A stretch of 64,000 nt of DNA from a virus (IMGVR_UViG_3300024319_000502:2042-66041); one strand, 5' to 3'. Counted from the stretch's first letter, positions 1 through 9,533 are shown. Made by a program: numbers and translations. The notes: a model not told the origin generated them from the sequence alone.

Positions 1-1167
1 CATCCTAACGACAAACAAGATTTATTAAACAAAGTGTTTGCTCAGATTGAAATGGGAGATCCTACAAAAAACAAAGAATACAGTCAATGGTTGGCACGTA
101 TGTATTCAAAACAAATTATTCCATTAGAAGACATTAAGAGTAAAATGAGAGATGCACTAGAAAAGTATGCGACTCTCAAGTTAAGAAAGAAACTAAAGCC
201 TGAACACAAAGACATTAATCAAATGAAAAAGCCAGTTGACTTGTTAACAGCAATGGCAGATTACAGTGAAGAAGACTTAGAAGCACCTGTTACAGACAGA
301 GGTAGCAGTCGTGAAATATATCGTGACAGTGAGATTAGAGTTATAGTGCCTAAAGACAAAGCGGCGGCTTGTTATTATGGGCAAGGTACTAAATGGTGTA
401 CTGCGGCACGTAGTAACAATATGTTTGATCAGTATCACAAGATGGGCGATATGTATATCATTATGCCTAATAAACCTAAGTACGAGGGTGAAAAGTATCA
501 GTTCCATTTCCAAAGTGGACAGTTTATGGACGAGCAAGATCGTGAAGTAGATATGTACAAGGTACTAAAAGTGTATCCAACAATACGTAATATTAAAACA
601 ATAACTGATTGGGCTAAACGTAAAATTGTACCAGCACTGATGAGTGATGAAGATTATGCTGAGTGGAAAAAAGAAACCGATGAGCAGATAGTTAGAAATC
701 GTGTAATGTACGGTGATATGTATACTCTAAGTTTAAATCAACCTGGAACTTCATTAGACACCTGGAAGATTAGTCGTAGTACCATTGACATGTTAGTTGA
801 AAAGAGTATGATGAAAGGCAACAGTTGGGCAAATCTAGCAGGTACAGAATACATAGCCTACGGTTGGTTTGACGCAACAAGTGATGATTGTTTAGGTTTA
901 ACATATGCTGAACTAGGTGAAGAACCAGAATCAGCAGTTCTTACAGTTAGTAGTGTTGATTTTGAAAAGGCTGAGGAATTAAGTAATGAGCCTGAAGTTG
1001 AGAAATTAGAAAAATTCTTAAAAGGTATGGTACGAATAGAAGATGAAGCTCAAACGAGTAGTTTAGCTGAAGAACAGTATGAGAAAGCGATTAACCAACT
1101 GTTAGATAGTTATGGTTATCCAATGTCAGTAACAGGATACGTAGGTGGGGAGCCAGAGAGAGCATAA
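1..1167 (+). CDS. PcfJ-like domain protein (CYYGxGTxWCTA motif), 5'-truncated by the window edge
   Basis: Frame is open from base 1 (HPNDKQDLLNKVF...). Contains AACYYGQGTKWCTAARSNNMF. Paralog of 1559..2776. The PcfJ-like label is from motif recall. Confidence 0.6.
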   Translation, partial: HPNDKQDLLNKVFAQIEMGDPTKNKEYSQWLARMYSKQIIPLEDIKSKMRDALEKYATLKLRKKLKPEHKDINQMKKPVDLLTAMADYSEEDLEAPVTDRGSSREIYRDSEIRVIVPKDKAAACYYGQGTKWCTAARSNNMFDQYHKMGDMYIIMPNKPKYEGEKYQFHFQSGQFMDEQDREVDMYKVLKVYPTIRNIKTITDWAKRKIVPALMSDEDYAEWKKETDEQIVRNRVMYGDMYTLSLNQPGTSLDTWKISRSTIDMLVEKSMMKGNSWANLAGTEYIAYGWFDATSDDCLGLTYAELGEEPESAVLTVSSVDFEKAEELSNEPEVEKLEKFLKGMVRIEDEAQTSSLAEEQYEKAINQLLDSYGYPMSVTGYVGGEPERA

Positions 1168-1562
1168 TGAGATTTTATGAAATAATTAGAGAAGGTGAGG
1201 ACGATGCTGGCTGGTATCGTGGCATTAGTAAACAAGAAGCTGATAATATTAGACGAGGTGGATTACCTAAGCCTAGTGCTGTTCCAATACCAATGGACAA
1301 TGAAGTAATGGATCACTTAGGTATTGATGATGAAGAAGCATGGGAACTACAGAAAGAGCTTGAAGGACAAGACGTTATTAATGTTACCAGTGATCAACAA
1401 AACGCAGAAGGCTATGGCGATGAAGTACTATGGTTTGAACGTCATCTAGTAGATTTAGATTTTAAACCCTATGGTGTTATAAGCCTAAGTATGTTAGAAG
1501 GGAACCCAGGTAGTTGGGGACTAGTTACACCTTGGGATGAACAAGTAAAGGAAATAAAATGA
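1167..1562 (+). CDS. Small probable head-packaged protein, possible ADP-ribosyltransferase fold
   Basis: N-terminus MRFYEIIRE. WYRG ... VTSD ... AEGYG pattern resembles the R-S-E ART core. Confidence 0.4.
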   Translation: MRFYEIIREGEDDAGWYRGISKQEADNIRRGGLPKPSAVPIPMDNEVMDHLGIDDEEAWELQKELEGQDVINVTSDQQNAEGYGDEVLWFERHLVDLDFKPYGVISLSMLEGNPGSWGLVTPWDEQVKEIK

Positions 1563-2776
1563 GAGCAAGACATTTTATAATAGAATACGATAGAGCCAAA
1601 ACAGCACAGGCATTTGCCGCCAAGCTAGTTAATACTGCTATGGCTGACAACACTGTTCCAGGCGCTGTTAGAAAAAATATACAGGACAACTTAACTCCTG
1701 TAGAAGCCGCTGAGATGATACTTAAAAATCAAATTGAAGTGGGTGATCCTACTAAACAGAAAAAGTATACACAGACACTTGCTCGTATGTATGCCAATGG
1801 TTTAATCAAATGGGAAGACATAGGTAGTACAATGCGTGACTATTTGGGCAAGTTTCACAAACTAAATCTTAAAAAGATGATTCCAGCACCACGCAACGAT
1901 TTTAATCGCTATAGTGATCTAGCTGACTTCTATAGTGTAGTTGACGAATATCCAGACCCAGATGTTTCAGATCCCAAGTCAAAAGGTGATGCCAAAGAAG
2001 TCTACAAGGATGCTAATGTTCGTGTTATAAGACCTGATGATGAGAATGCCGCTTGTTACTATGGACAAGGCACACGCTGGTGTACTGCCGCAAAAAGCAA
2101 TAACATGTTTACTCGTTATCAGAATGACGGTGATATGTATATCTTAATACCTACCAAAGCCACCCATGACGGTGAGAAATATCAAGTACATCCTGCGTCA
2201 GGACAATACATGGACGAACAGGATCGTGACGTAGAAGCAGACGACTTAATACAACGCTTTGGTGACGACTTTAGAGAGTGGTGGTTAACTGTTGACCCAG
2301 ACCTAGGTGGACGTATAATATTTTTCCCTAATGAAGATGAACTTAGAAAAGCCTGTGAAGAAATTAAACAGATGAGTTTAGAATTCTTAGATGAAGTTAT
2401 GATGGATTGGGAAATGAGTGATGACACATATTATGAGTATCTTCGAGACGAGGGCTATGTTGATGAAGAAGGTGATTATAAAGATGATTATCCTTCATAC
2501 ACAGAATACAATGATTCTGCTAGTGCGTATTATAGCAATGTTTACGGTGCCCTTGATATAACTGTCGATGAAGTGCGTGAGCTAGCTAGAGATATAGAAG
2601 AAGAAGATGGACGTAACCAGTACATAGGCGATTTAGAAAATGTGTTTAGTATTAGTGTAGAAAACGCAATAGATAGACAAGATGGATTACCAACTACAAT
2701 ATACAGACAGATACAGGTAACACTCAAAGACGGTAAAATAACTGTAGAGTACGTTCCAGAACCAGCAAAAGATTAA
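1559..2776 (+). CDS. PcfJ-like domain protein, paralog of the first ORF, with acidic C-terminal domain
   Basis: AACYYGQGTRWCTAAKSNNMF and GEKYQxHxxSGQxMDEQDRxV are shared with ORF 1..1167. N-terminus MRARHFIIE. Confidence 0.6.
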   Translation: MRARHFIIEYDRAKTAQAFAAKLVNTAMADNTVPGAVRKNIQDNLTPVEAAEMILKNQIEVGDPTKQKKYTQTLARMYANGLIKWEDIGSTMRDYLGKFHKLNLKKMIPAPRNDFNRYSDLADFYSVVDEYPDPDVSDPKSKGDAKEVYKDANVRVIRPDDENAACYYGQGTRWCTAAKSNNMFTRYQNDGDMYILIPTKATHDGEKYQVHPASGQYMDEQDRDVEADDLIQRFGDDFREWWLTVDPDLGGRIIFFPNEDELRKACEEIKQMSLEFLDEVMMDWEMSDDTYYEYLRDEGYVDEEGDYKDDYPSYTEYNDSASAYYSNVYGALDITVDEVRELARDIEEEDGRNQYIGDLENVFSISVENAIDRQDGLPTTIYRQIQVTLKDGKITVEYVPEPAKD

Positions 2777-2815
2777 TAAATACTAGTATAATACACTCTA
2801 TAGGAAGTTTTTATT

Positions 2816-3142
2816 ATGGCTGAAGATAAAAAAGTTACAGTCCAAGCAACAGAACACAAGAAAAAAGTTAATTTAGAACTAGAAGTAGATGCTACAGCAA
2901 AAGATCTAGGTGTTAATCCTTATGCAAATTGGGTACACATGGCTAAAGCTGTTGACAGTTGGAGAATCTTTCCAAGACTATTCTTAACTGTCTACATTAT
3001 TTTATTATATAAATGTGTAATATGGTATATGGATTTACCAGCACCTACAATGGAACAGTCAGGTTTAATCAGTATCGTAGTTGGTGCTGGTGCGGCATGG
3101 TTTGGTTTATACACTGGATCCAGCAAAAAGTTTGACAAATAA
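2816..3142 (+). CDS. Small membrane protein with two TM segments
   Basis: Hydrophobic stretches IFPRLFLTVYIILLY and GLISIVVGAGAAWFGLY; AGGA SD upstream. Confidence 0.7.
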   Translation: MAEDKKVTVQATEHKKKVNLELEVDATAKDLGVNPYANWVHMAKAVDSWRIFPRLFLTVYIILLYKCVIWYMDLPAPTMEQSGLISIVVGAGAAWFGLYTGSSKKFDK

Positions 3143-3143
3143 A

Positions 3144-3215
3144 GACACGCTTTAGGACCGTGTTAGGTTTTACCCCTACCTAGAATTACTTCGGAACTAA
3201 TTTAAAAGGGGTCCT
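3144..3215 (+). ncRNA. Candidate structured RNA (three hairpins plus two pseudoknot pairings)
   Basis: Stems GACACG/CGTGTT, TAGGT/ACCTA and AATTA/TAATT (with C-TTCG-G). The 3' AGGGGTCCT is complementary to both loops (ACCCCT and AGGAC). Confidence 0.55.
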
Positions 3216-3223
3216 CACCAAGT

Positions 3224-3231
3224 TATAAATA
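3224..3231 (+). promoter_or_regulatory. T4-type late promoter TATAAATA
   Basis: Exact TATAAATA 5 nt before ATG 3237. Confidence 0.6.
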
Positions 3232-3236
3232 TCGCT

Positions 3237-4022
3237 ATGAGCATCTTATTTGACGCATACAGCGATATTTGTAAATATCCCATCACAAAACATGTACAAC
3301 GTTTAGATCTTGAAATAGATTATAAACGTATTTCTGATGAAATACTTACTCTGCTAGCCGACAACGATTATGGATATGATCCAGTAAGTCTACGGTTACC
3401 CCCTGGAGAAACTGGTTGGACTAATCCTGAAGAAGATTTGATATCTACAGCAGACGGTGTACTAAAGTTTGGCACAAAAAAAGAAACTAATCGTGCTGAC
3501 AATAAGTTATACACTGATTGGCATGAAGGAACAGAATATGTTCAAGAACTCAAAGACAAACTAGAACAACTAAGTGGACTTAATATAGGGCGTGTCAGAT
3601 TAGCCTGGTTACCTGTAGGGTTTGCATATCCTATGCACATTGACTTTGAAGCTATACGCTTTCATGTTCCTATTGTTACTAACGACTATTCCTATTTTAT
3701 AAATGGAAATAATCTAACTACAATGCCTAAAGGTAGTGCATATCACATTATTACAGACGAAATACATACTGCAATGAACTATGGAGGTCTTCCAAGACTG
3801 CATTTAGTATATTCAACATACACAACACCAGAAATAGACCAAGTAATTGATCAAGCAGTTACTGAACTTACTGAAGATCAAACATTTATCAATCATGTTG
3901 ACTTAACAAAAGAACAACTGTTGAAGTTAATTAAAATTAGTTATAAGCAAAATAGAGCAGATAGCGAAACTTTTTTGAAACTAATGAAGATAAATACTTA
4001 CAATGGAAAAACAAGAAATTGA
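3237..4022 (+). CDS. Aspartyl/asparaginyl beta-hydroxylase-like 2OG-Fe(II) oxygenase
   Basis: RVRLAWL..., HID, RFHVPIVTN, IHTAMNYG..RLHLV cupin motifs. Confidence 0.75.
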   Translation: MSILFDAYSDICKYPITKHVQRLDLEIDYKRISDEILTLLADNDYGYDPVSLRLPPGETGWTNPEEDLISTADGVLKFGTKKETNRADNKLYTDWHEGTEYVQELKDKLEQLSGLNIGRVRLAWLPVGFAYPMHIDFEAIRFHVPIVTNDYSYFINGNNLTTMPKGSAYHIITDEIHTAMNYGGLPRLHLVYSTYTTPEIDQVIDQAVTELTEDQTFINHVDLTKEQLLKLIKISYKQNRADSETFLKLMKINTYNGKTRN

Positions 4023-4284
4023 TTTAAAATTTGAAGTTCATTGTGAACAATCACAAGATGATGTTTATAGAACTTACTTAGGTAAACACTTACTGAGTGA
4101 ACGTCATTGGAAATGGGAAACAGACACATACTATCTCTTAGAGATAGCACCAGTAAAATTAAAACCTGGTGAATATGATCTTCGAATTGAAACTGTTAAA
4201 CCTGGCAAAGGCATTTTTAAAATTAAAAATGTACAAGTTAAGGATGCAACGGTACAAAATAAAACAAGGATAGTAGTATCATGA
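4003..4284 (+). CDS. Hypothetical protein
   Basis: ORF in operon context; TAAATA 6 nt upstream of the ATG. Confidence 0.65.
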   Translation: MEKQEIDLKFEVHCEQSQDDVYRTYLGKHLLSERHWKWETDTYYLLEIAPVKLKPGEYDLRIETVKPGKGIFKIKNVQVKDATVQNKTRIVVS

Positions 4285-4691
4285 AAGCAAATGAATTTGT
4301 AAACGAAGAACATTTAGACCATGAAGTTAAAATGGCTAAATCAGAGTTAATGACACTGGCACAAGATTCAGTGCAGTTAGTTAAACTACTTAATAAGTAT
4401 GCTTCAGAAGAACGAGGAATACCAGCTTGGGTAGCTAGTAAAATTACTAAAGCACAAGACTACATTAATTCAGTTCACAAAACATTAACATATGATGCTA
4501 TTGAAGATGGAGAAATATCAGAAGATGCTACAGCCGGTGCAACAGCCGCTGGTAACATTGCTTCAGTTGCTAACCCACACGTAACTAACCCATATCGCAA
4601 AGGCAGTAAGAAACATAAAAAACCTGTCTCTGTAAGTGCATTGGACTCTAAGAACACAAGTATCTTTGGCGGTCCATTAAAGAGACAATAA
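4281..4691 (+). CDS. Probable head-associated protein
   Basis: N-terminus MKANEFVNE (capsid-targeting-like); overlaps the previous stop (ATGA). Confidence 0.55.
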   Translation: MKANEFVNEEHLDHEVKMAKSELMTLAQDSVQLVKLLNKYASEERGIPAWVASKITKAQDYINSVHKTLTYDAIEDGEISEDATAGATAAGNIASVANPHVTNPYRKGSKKHKKPVSVSALDSKNTSIFGGPLKRQ

Positions 4692-4704
4692 AGGAAAAAT
4701 AACA

Positions 4705-6762
4705 ATGATAGTAACAGATCTATTTACAGAATCACGATACGGGGCGGCCGCTGGCGTCGAAACTATTCGACAACTACTTCATGCAGTTAAAGATAGTAAA
4801 GATATAGAGCTTAAAGTTGGTCCAGAACTATTTCCTGTGACATACGGTGATGCTCGTTATTTACTACAATACTTTAAAGCAAACAGAGAAGGTGGTGATG
4901 CTACTGCTGAATATTTTGGTGATGCTAATTGGATTGAAAATATGTTAGCTAAACGTGATTACACTATGAGTCCAGATAGATTAAAAGATATAGACAGCGA
5001 ACGTTTTGCAGAAGGTAAATGTCCTGTTACAGGCGAAGATGAATGTCACTGCAATGATGACAAAGAAATGAACGAAGCTGAGTTTGAAATAACATATAAA
5101 GATCCACAGTTCACTGGCACTAAAACACACACAGTTAAAGCAGTAAATGCCAAAGGGGCAGAACAAAAGTTCCTAAGTTTTGGTAATCCACACAAAGTAT
5201 TAGATGTTAAGAAAAAAGAAAAAGTAGACGAAGCTGACAGGCCTTTACCACAAGACTTTATACCAGAACCTGTAGTAGCACAAACAATAAAAGATCTAGG
5301 ACCAGGATTAGACCCGATGGCTAATGGCTTTTATGACCTAGCATATGGAAAACTACTTAGTAATTATCTAGCACAGAACACTCCTGAAATTAAGAAAAAG
5401 TTTAATGTGAACTGGAATTTAGCGTGGGCAAGTCAAATGAGAGAGCTGTACAGTAGAGAGTACGGTGGCTATATGAAAACACCAGGAAAAGAACCAGTTA
5501 AAGAATATAAACTTGAGCCTAGGGACAAAGAAGACAAACTAGAGAAACTTAAAACTCTAAATGCACTACTAGTTGATCCTAATACATCAAAGGATCCTGA
5601 GCTTAAAAAAGCAATACAAAAGAGAATAACACAACTAAAAGAAGATCCAACTCCTAAACGTAGAATAATGGACTTTGATAGCCATGCACGTTATTGGAGT
5701 GGTAATGGTCAGTACCAAGATGAATATAACCAACTACAAGACAAGCTAGTGCCAGACATGGGTAAAGCGGACACTGTTGAAGGTGAACTATTAAGAGCTG
5801 TAGGTAAAATTATTTACAGACACGGCAATGACGGTGATAACTTTAGTAATAGTTCATATGAGTGGATTGAAAAACATGTAGGTAAGTTTGATCACTTAGA
5901 CGACATGGCAGACAAAGTTATACAATATGTATTAAGTAAGAAAGGTGATTACACCCCAAATAACTTTGATTGGTTAACAGTAGCAGACTACGGCCCAGGT
6001 GAATATGAAAAAGACTGGGAACAAGTAGGTTGTCAAAACTGTGGCGGTACAGGCGAAATAGAATACGAAAACGACGAAGGTGAAGAAGAATACGAAGAGT
6101 GTGATAGCTGTGATGGTAACGGTTGGATTGAACAAACATCAGAAAGCGTTGAGCCAGTTACTGAAGACTATAAAGGTTGGAAGTACGGTGAAGATATAGA
6201 GCAATATGATGATGTTGCTAAAAAGTTTCAATACGCTGAAAAAGATGGCAAAAAAGTAGATATGGATTGGTCACCGTATACAACACCAAGTGATAAAGAA
6301 TTTAAACTATGGGTTGATTTAGGTATGCCAACACGCAAAGCAGTTAACGGTATTGGTCCGTTAGATCATGCAGATTTAGTTGCAATAGCAAAAACTAAAA
6401 AAGGCACTGCTGGGCTATTACAGCAAGAAGCTAAAGAGGAAGAAGACGATCTAGATCAGAAAAAGCTAGATGCTAGAACTAAAATTGCTCTTAAAAAAGC
6501 AGGCTTAAAATACGGTGCACAAACTAAAGGTGATCCGCTAGCAAGTTTAACTACTTTTGTTGCTGATAAGGATTCAGAAAAAACTCAAGATATTGATCGT
6601 TTAGATAAAGAAAACGATGAAGAAGAACGTGATATTGCCGCACAAGCTAAAGTAGACCAAAAGCATAATAAAGAGATTGGCAATAACTCATTGAAAGATC
6701 GTTATCAAGATCAAGAGATTGAAAAGCTCAAGCAAGACTTACAAAAACTACTCAATAGATAA
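4705..6762 (+). CDS. Large modular probable head/internal protein with a DnaJ-type zinc finger
   Basis: N-terminus MIVTDLFTE; CQNCGGTG...CDSCDGNG (two CxxCxGxG); charged coiled-coil C-terminus. Confidence 0.55.
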   Translation: MIVTDLFTESRYGAAAGVETIRQLLHAVKDSKDIELKVGPELFPVTYGDARYLLQYFKANREGGDATAEYFGDANWIENMLAKRDYTMSPDRLKDIDSERFAEGKCPVTGEDECHCNDDKEMNEAEFEITYKDPQFTGTKTHTVKAVNAKGAEQKFLSFGNPHKVLDVKKKEKVDEADRPLPQDFIPEPVVAQTIKDLGPGLDPMANGFYDLAYGKLLSNYLAQNTPEIKKKFNVNWNLAWASQMRELYSREYGGYMKTPGKEPVKEYKLEPRDKEDKLEKLKTLNALLVDPNTSKDPELKKAIQKRITQLKEDPTPKRRIMDFDSHARYWSGNGQYQDEYNQLQDKLVPDMGKADTVEGELLRAVGKIIYRHGNDGDNFSNSSYEWIEKHVGKFDHLDDMADKVIQYVLSKKGDYTPNNFDWLTVADYGPGEYEKDWEQVGCQNCGGTGEIEYENDEGEEEYEECDSCDGNGWIEQTSESVEPVTEDYKGWKYGEDIEQYDDVAKKFQYAEKDGKKVDMDWSPYTTPSDKEFKLWVDLGMPTRKAVNGIGPLDHADLVAIAKTKKGTAGLLQQEAKEEEDDLDQKKLDARTKIALKKAGLKYGAQTKGDPLASLTTFVADKDSEKTQDIDRLDKENDEEERDIAAQAKVDQKHNKEIGNNSLKDRYQDQEIEKLKQDLQKLLNR

Positions 6763-6783
6763 CACAATCCAGTAAATAGCATT

Positions 6784-7668
6784 ATGAAACTAATCTTAAA
6801 AAAAGATAGTTGGAGTAATGCTACGGCATTTTTCCTCGAAGACTTATATCGTAAACACTTTGAATTAAGTACTGATCTAGACGATGAAGGTATTGTATAT
6901 GCACATTGGCAAGATTGGGAGTGGGCAAAAAGTTTAAATAGACCTGCCATCATTGATCACTTATGGGATCCTTGGGGCAATCCAGACATTAAAGATACTG
7001 AATACTTAAAGGTTATACGCAGTGACGGTTGGTTTTGTATTGCTAACGAATGTCTATGGTACCAAGCACTAGGGTACAATCAGTATCAAGCAAAGAATAT
7101 AAACGATCGCACATTTCTTATGTTAATGAATTATCAACGGTTGCATAGAGATCTAATATGGGATAAGATACAGCCGTACTTAGATAATGCACTCTATAGT
7201 TATCAAGATAGAAAAATAACTATTGACGGAGATATTGCTAGAGAAGAAGGTCCGTGGCAAAGATATTTAAATGAGTCATGGTATGACAGAACAGCATTCA
7301 GCCTAGTAGTTGAATCAGATATTGTACCTGGTGTACACAGTGAAAAAGTATTAAAGCCAATGGCTTTCCGACAACCATTTGTAGTATGGGGTCCACAAGG
7401 ATATCTTAAGTGGTTACGTTCCTGGGGATTTGAAACATTCTATGCCGTTGATGAAAGTTATGATGACGAACCTGACAACGAAAAACGATTAGAAATGGTT
7501 ATTAGAGAAGTCAAGCGTTTAATAAAGTTAGGACCTAATCACTTCGATGACGCAAGGACTCAACAAACACTTGACACTAACTATAAAAGATTTTATAATG
7601 TAGAGTGGGCAACTAAACAACTTGAGAAATATTTTGACGAAATCAAACAATATAGCAGTCGTTGGTAA
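6784..7668 (+). CDS. Putative glycosyltransferase-like protein (EKxxKP...GFxTF...DESYD family)
   Basis: SEKVLKPMAFRQPFVVWG...GFETFYAVDESYD is shared with three other ORFs in the window. Confidence 0.55.
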   Translation: MKLILKKDSWSNATAFFLEDLYRKHFELSTDLDDEGIVYAHWQDWEWAKSLNRPAIIDHLWDPWGNPDIKDTEYLKVIRSDGWFCIANECLWYQALGYNQYQAKNINDRTFLMLMNYQRLHRDLIWDKIQPYLDNALYSYQDRKITIDGDIAREEGPWQRYLNESWYDRTAFSLVVESDIVPGVHSEKVLKPMAFRQPFVVWGPQGYLKWLRSWGFETFYAVDESYDDEPDNEKRLEMVIREVKRLIKLGPNHFDDARTQQTLDTNYKRFYNVEWATKQLEKYFDEIKQYSSRW

Positions 7669-8320
7669 TGGCTTAATAGGCAAACGTTTACAAGAGTTTG
7701 TCAATGCCACACACGTATTCAACAGCTTTCAACTGTTTGACTTACCTTTAGAACATTACGACACTGTGTATGTAGCGGCCCCTAGTGGCAATAGAATCTG
7801 GGCAAAAGAAAATCCTCACACAGATCAAGCATCAACAGGTTTGTTAATACGCAACCTATTAGTAACTAAGTGCGATCGTATAGTGTTAATATCAACAGGT
7901 GATACTCAAGCAAGACCCGATACTGGTTACGGAAAGAATAGACTAGAATTAGAAAATGCAGTTCGTGGACGTTTTGAAAATCATTATGTTATACGCTTAC
8001 CTGGACTTATTGGTAATGATATTACTAAAAACATCTTATATGATATCAAACATAAAACAGAATGGGTAGATAAAATCAACGGGGCTATTAAACAACAGTG
8101 GTATCCATTAGATGATCTAAAGCACGATATTCCTAAAATAATCAATGGTGATGAAAGAGTCGTTAATCTAGTCAGCGAGCCTATTCTAAATCAAAACATT
8201 GTTAATCAATTCAGCGACACAACTGATGTCAACTTTGAATCAGCAGTTGATTATAATCTAAAACCATACAAGTATACCAAGGAACAGATCTTTGAGCAAA
8301 TCAGTTTATATATGCGGTGA
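7622..8320 (+). CDS. NAD-dependent epimerase/dehydratase-like protein
   Basis: GNGLIG Rossmann motif, LIST, YGKNR, IRLPGLIG. Confidence 0.75.
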   Translation: MRNILTKSNNIAVVGNGLIGKRLQEFVNATHVFNSFQLFDLPLEHYDTVYVAAPSGNRIWAKENPHTDQASTGLLIRNLLVTKCDRIVLISTGDTQARPDTGYGKNRLELENAVRGRFENHYVIRLPGLIGNDITKNILYDIKHKTEWVDKINGAIKQQWYPLDDLKHDIPKIINGDERVVNLVSEPILNQNIVNQFSDTTDVNFESAVDYNLKPYKYTKEQIFEQISLYMR

Positions 8321-8885
8321 TAGCTTTTACTGTAGTGATCATGACTCAATTATAGTACCTTGGCACGAACAGTTTGAACGTACTAGTTTGGCACAGGTAT
8401 GTGCTAGTAATTTATTAATTAGTCTACAAGTTGAACAAGCTATTGAGAAACAAGCTGACTTTATTATTGTAGGATTTACTAGTAGCCTAAGAAGTGAACT
8501 AATGTTTGAAGATAAGCTAGTTCCATTTAGTTGGCTTAGCTTAGATGAAACAACACCATTTGACCAAACAACCATCAATAATTTAAAACAGCTATTTAAT
8601 AACATTGATCTCGATACAGAAGTTAAAAGAAACAAATTAGTAATAGAAGCTACTCTACAAAAGCTAGTAGATTCAAAAATAGCTTTCTTGTTTGATCAAG
8701 GTGGCTTTGAACACAAAAGCTATGAGGGAGTTGGAGAATATTTTACCAAATACGATCAATATAGGTCACGAGTATGTCTGTGGGATCATGCAGATGTTCG
8801 AACACACAGACCTTACTTTCATATAACTGACCAAACAGTACATACACAGATAAGTGATTATTATACCAAAATAATTGGCCTTTAG
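8292..8885 (+). CDS. SGNH/GDSL-like protein
   Basis: ICGDSF at the N-terminus; C-terminal FH....H. Confidence 0.55.
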   Translation: MSKSVYICGDSFYCSDHDSIIVPWHEQFERTSLAQVCASNLLISLQVEQAIEKQADFIIVGFTSSLRSELMFEDKLVPFSWLSLDETTPFDQTTINNLKQLFNNIDLDTEVKRNKLVIEATLQKLVDSKIAFLFDQGGFEHKSYEGVGEYFTKYDQYRSRVCLWDHADVRTHRPYFHITDQTVHTQISDYYTKIIGL

Positions 8886-8931
8886 TTTACAATCATATAT
8901 AATAGTAGCACATAATAAGGAGAAGTAGACA

Positions 8932-9195
8932 ATGTCAGATTCAATTACATTTAGCGGCGATCAAAAAGCTAAACTAACACAACTAGTTAACGAAGGCATG
9001 CAGGTCATGCGTGAAGTTGAAACGCTCAACGAAGGTCTTAGAGATACTGTCAAAGCTGTGGCAGAAGAGCTACAGATCAAACCTAGTATTTTAAATAAAG
9101 CAATTAAGATTGCACATAAAGCTGACTTTACAAGAGAACAACAAGATCATCAACTACTAGAAGATATTTTATCAACAGTTGGTCATACTCTTTAA
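8932..9195 (+). CDS. Double-stranded DNA-binding protein (T4 DsbA / GapR-like)
   Basis: Short helical protein with LRDTVKAVAEELQIKPSILNKAIKIAHK; strong AGGAG SD. Confidence 0.6.
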   Translation: MSDSITFSGDQKAKLTQLVNEGMQVMREVETLNEGLRDTVKAVAEELQIKPSILNKAIKIAHKADFTREQQDHQLLEDILSTVGHTL

Positions 9196-9477
9196 TTGCA
9201 ACAAGTTAAAGACTTTTGGATCAAAAGCTATCGTTCAGATCCTGTTGCATTTGGATTTGAACTAACTAGTTTTATTTTTACTGTTATAGCTAGCATAATA
9301 CTAGCCGACACAGCAAATGAACCAAACATGCTTATTGTGTATCCTGGATTTTTTGTAGGCAGTATAACAGGAGCATACGCATATTATCGCAGAGGACTAG
9401 CTTGGCCATTAGTGCTAACAAGTTACTTTGCTGTGGTAAATATATTTGGATACGGAGTTGCCAGCTATTGGTGGTAA
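9196..9477 (+). CDS. Small three-TM membrane protein, paralog of 40297..40593
   Basis: Hydrophobic; YRSDPVAFGFELTS aligns with WRSHPVRFVIEVIA. Confidence 0.65.
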   Translation: MQQVKDFWIKSYRSDPVAFGFELTSFIFTVIASIILADTANEPNMLIVYPGFFVGSITGAYAYYRRGLAWPLVLTSYFAVVNIFGYGVASYWW

Positions 9478-9484
9478 CGGTTTC

Positions 9485-9533
9485 GCAGGCCTAACCTGCA
9501 TGTAGAAGGTAGATCAGCCATAAGTGATCGGAG
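9485..9533 (+). promoter_or_regulatory. Two-hairpin leader abutting an SD (possible translational operator)
   Basis: GCAGG-cctaa-CCTGC and GATCA-gccataag-TGATC directly followed by GGAG. Confidence 0.4.

Noticed and set aside
3144-3215. Intrinsic terminator or pistol ribozyme
   Set aside because: No U-tract after a stem. P1 with a pseudoknotting loop resembles pistol, but the downstream conserved pistol elements are not seen.
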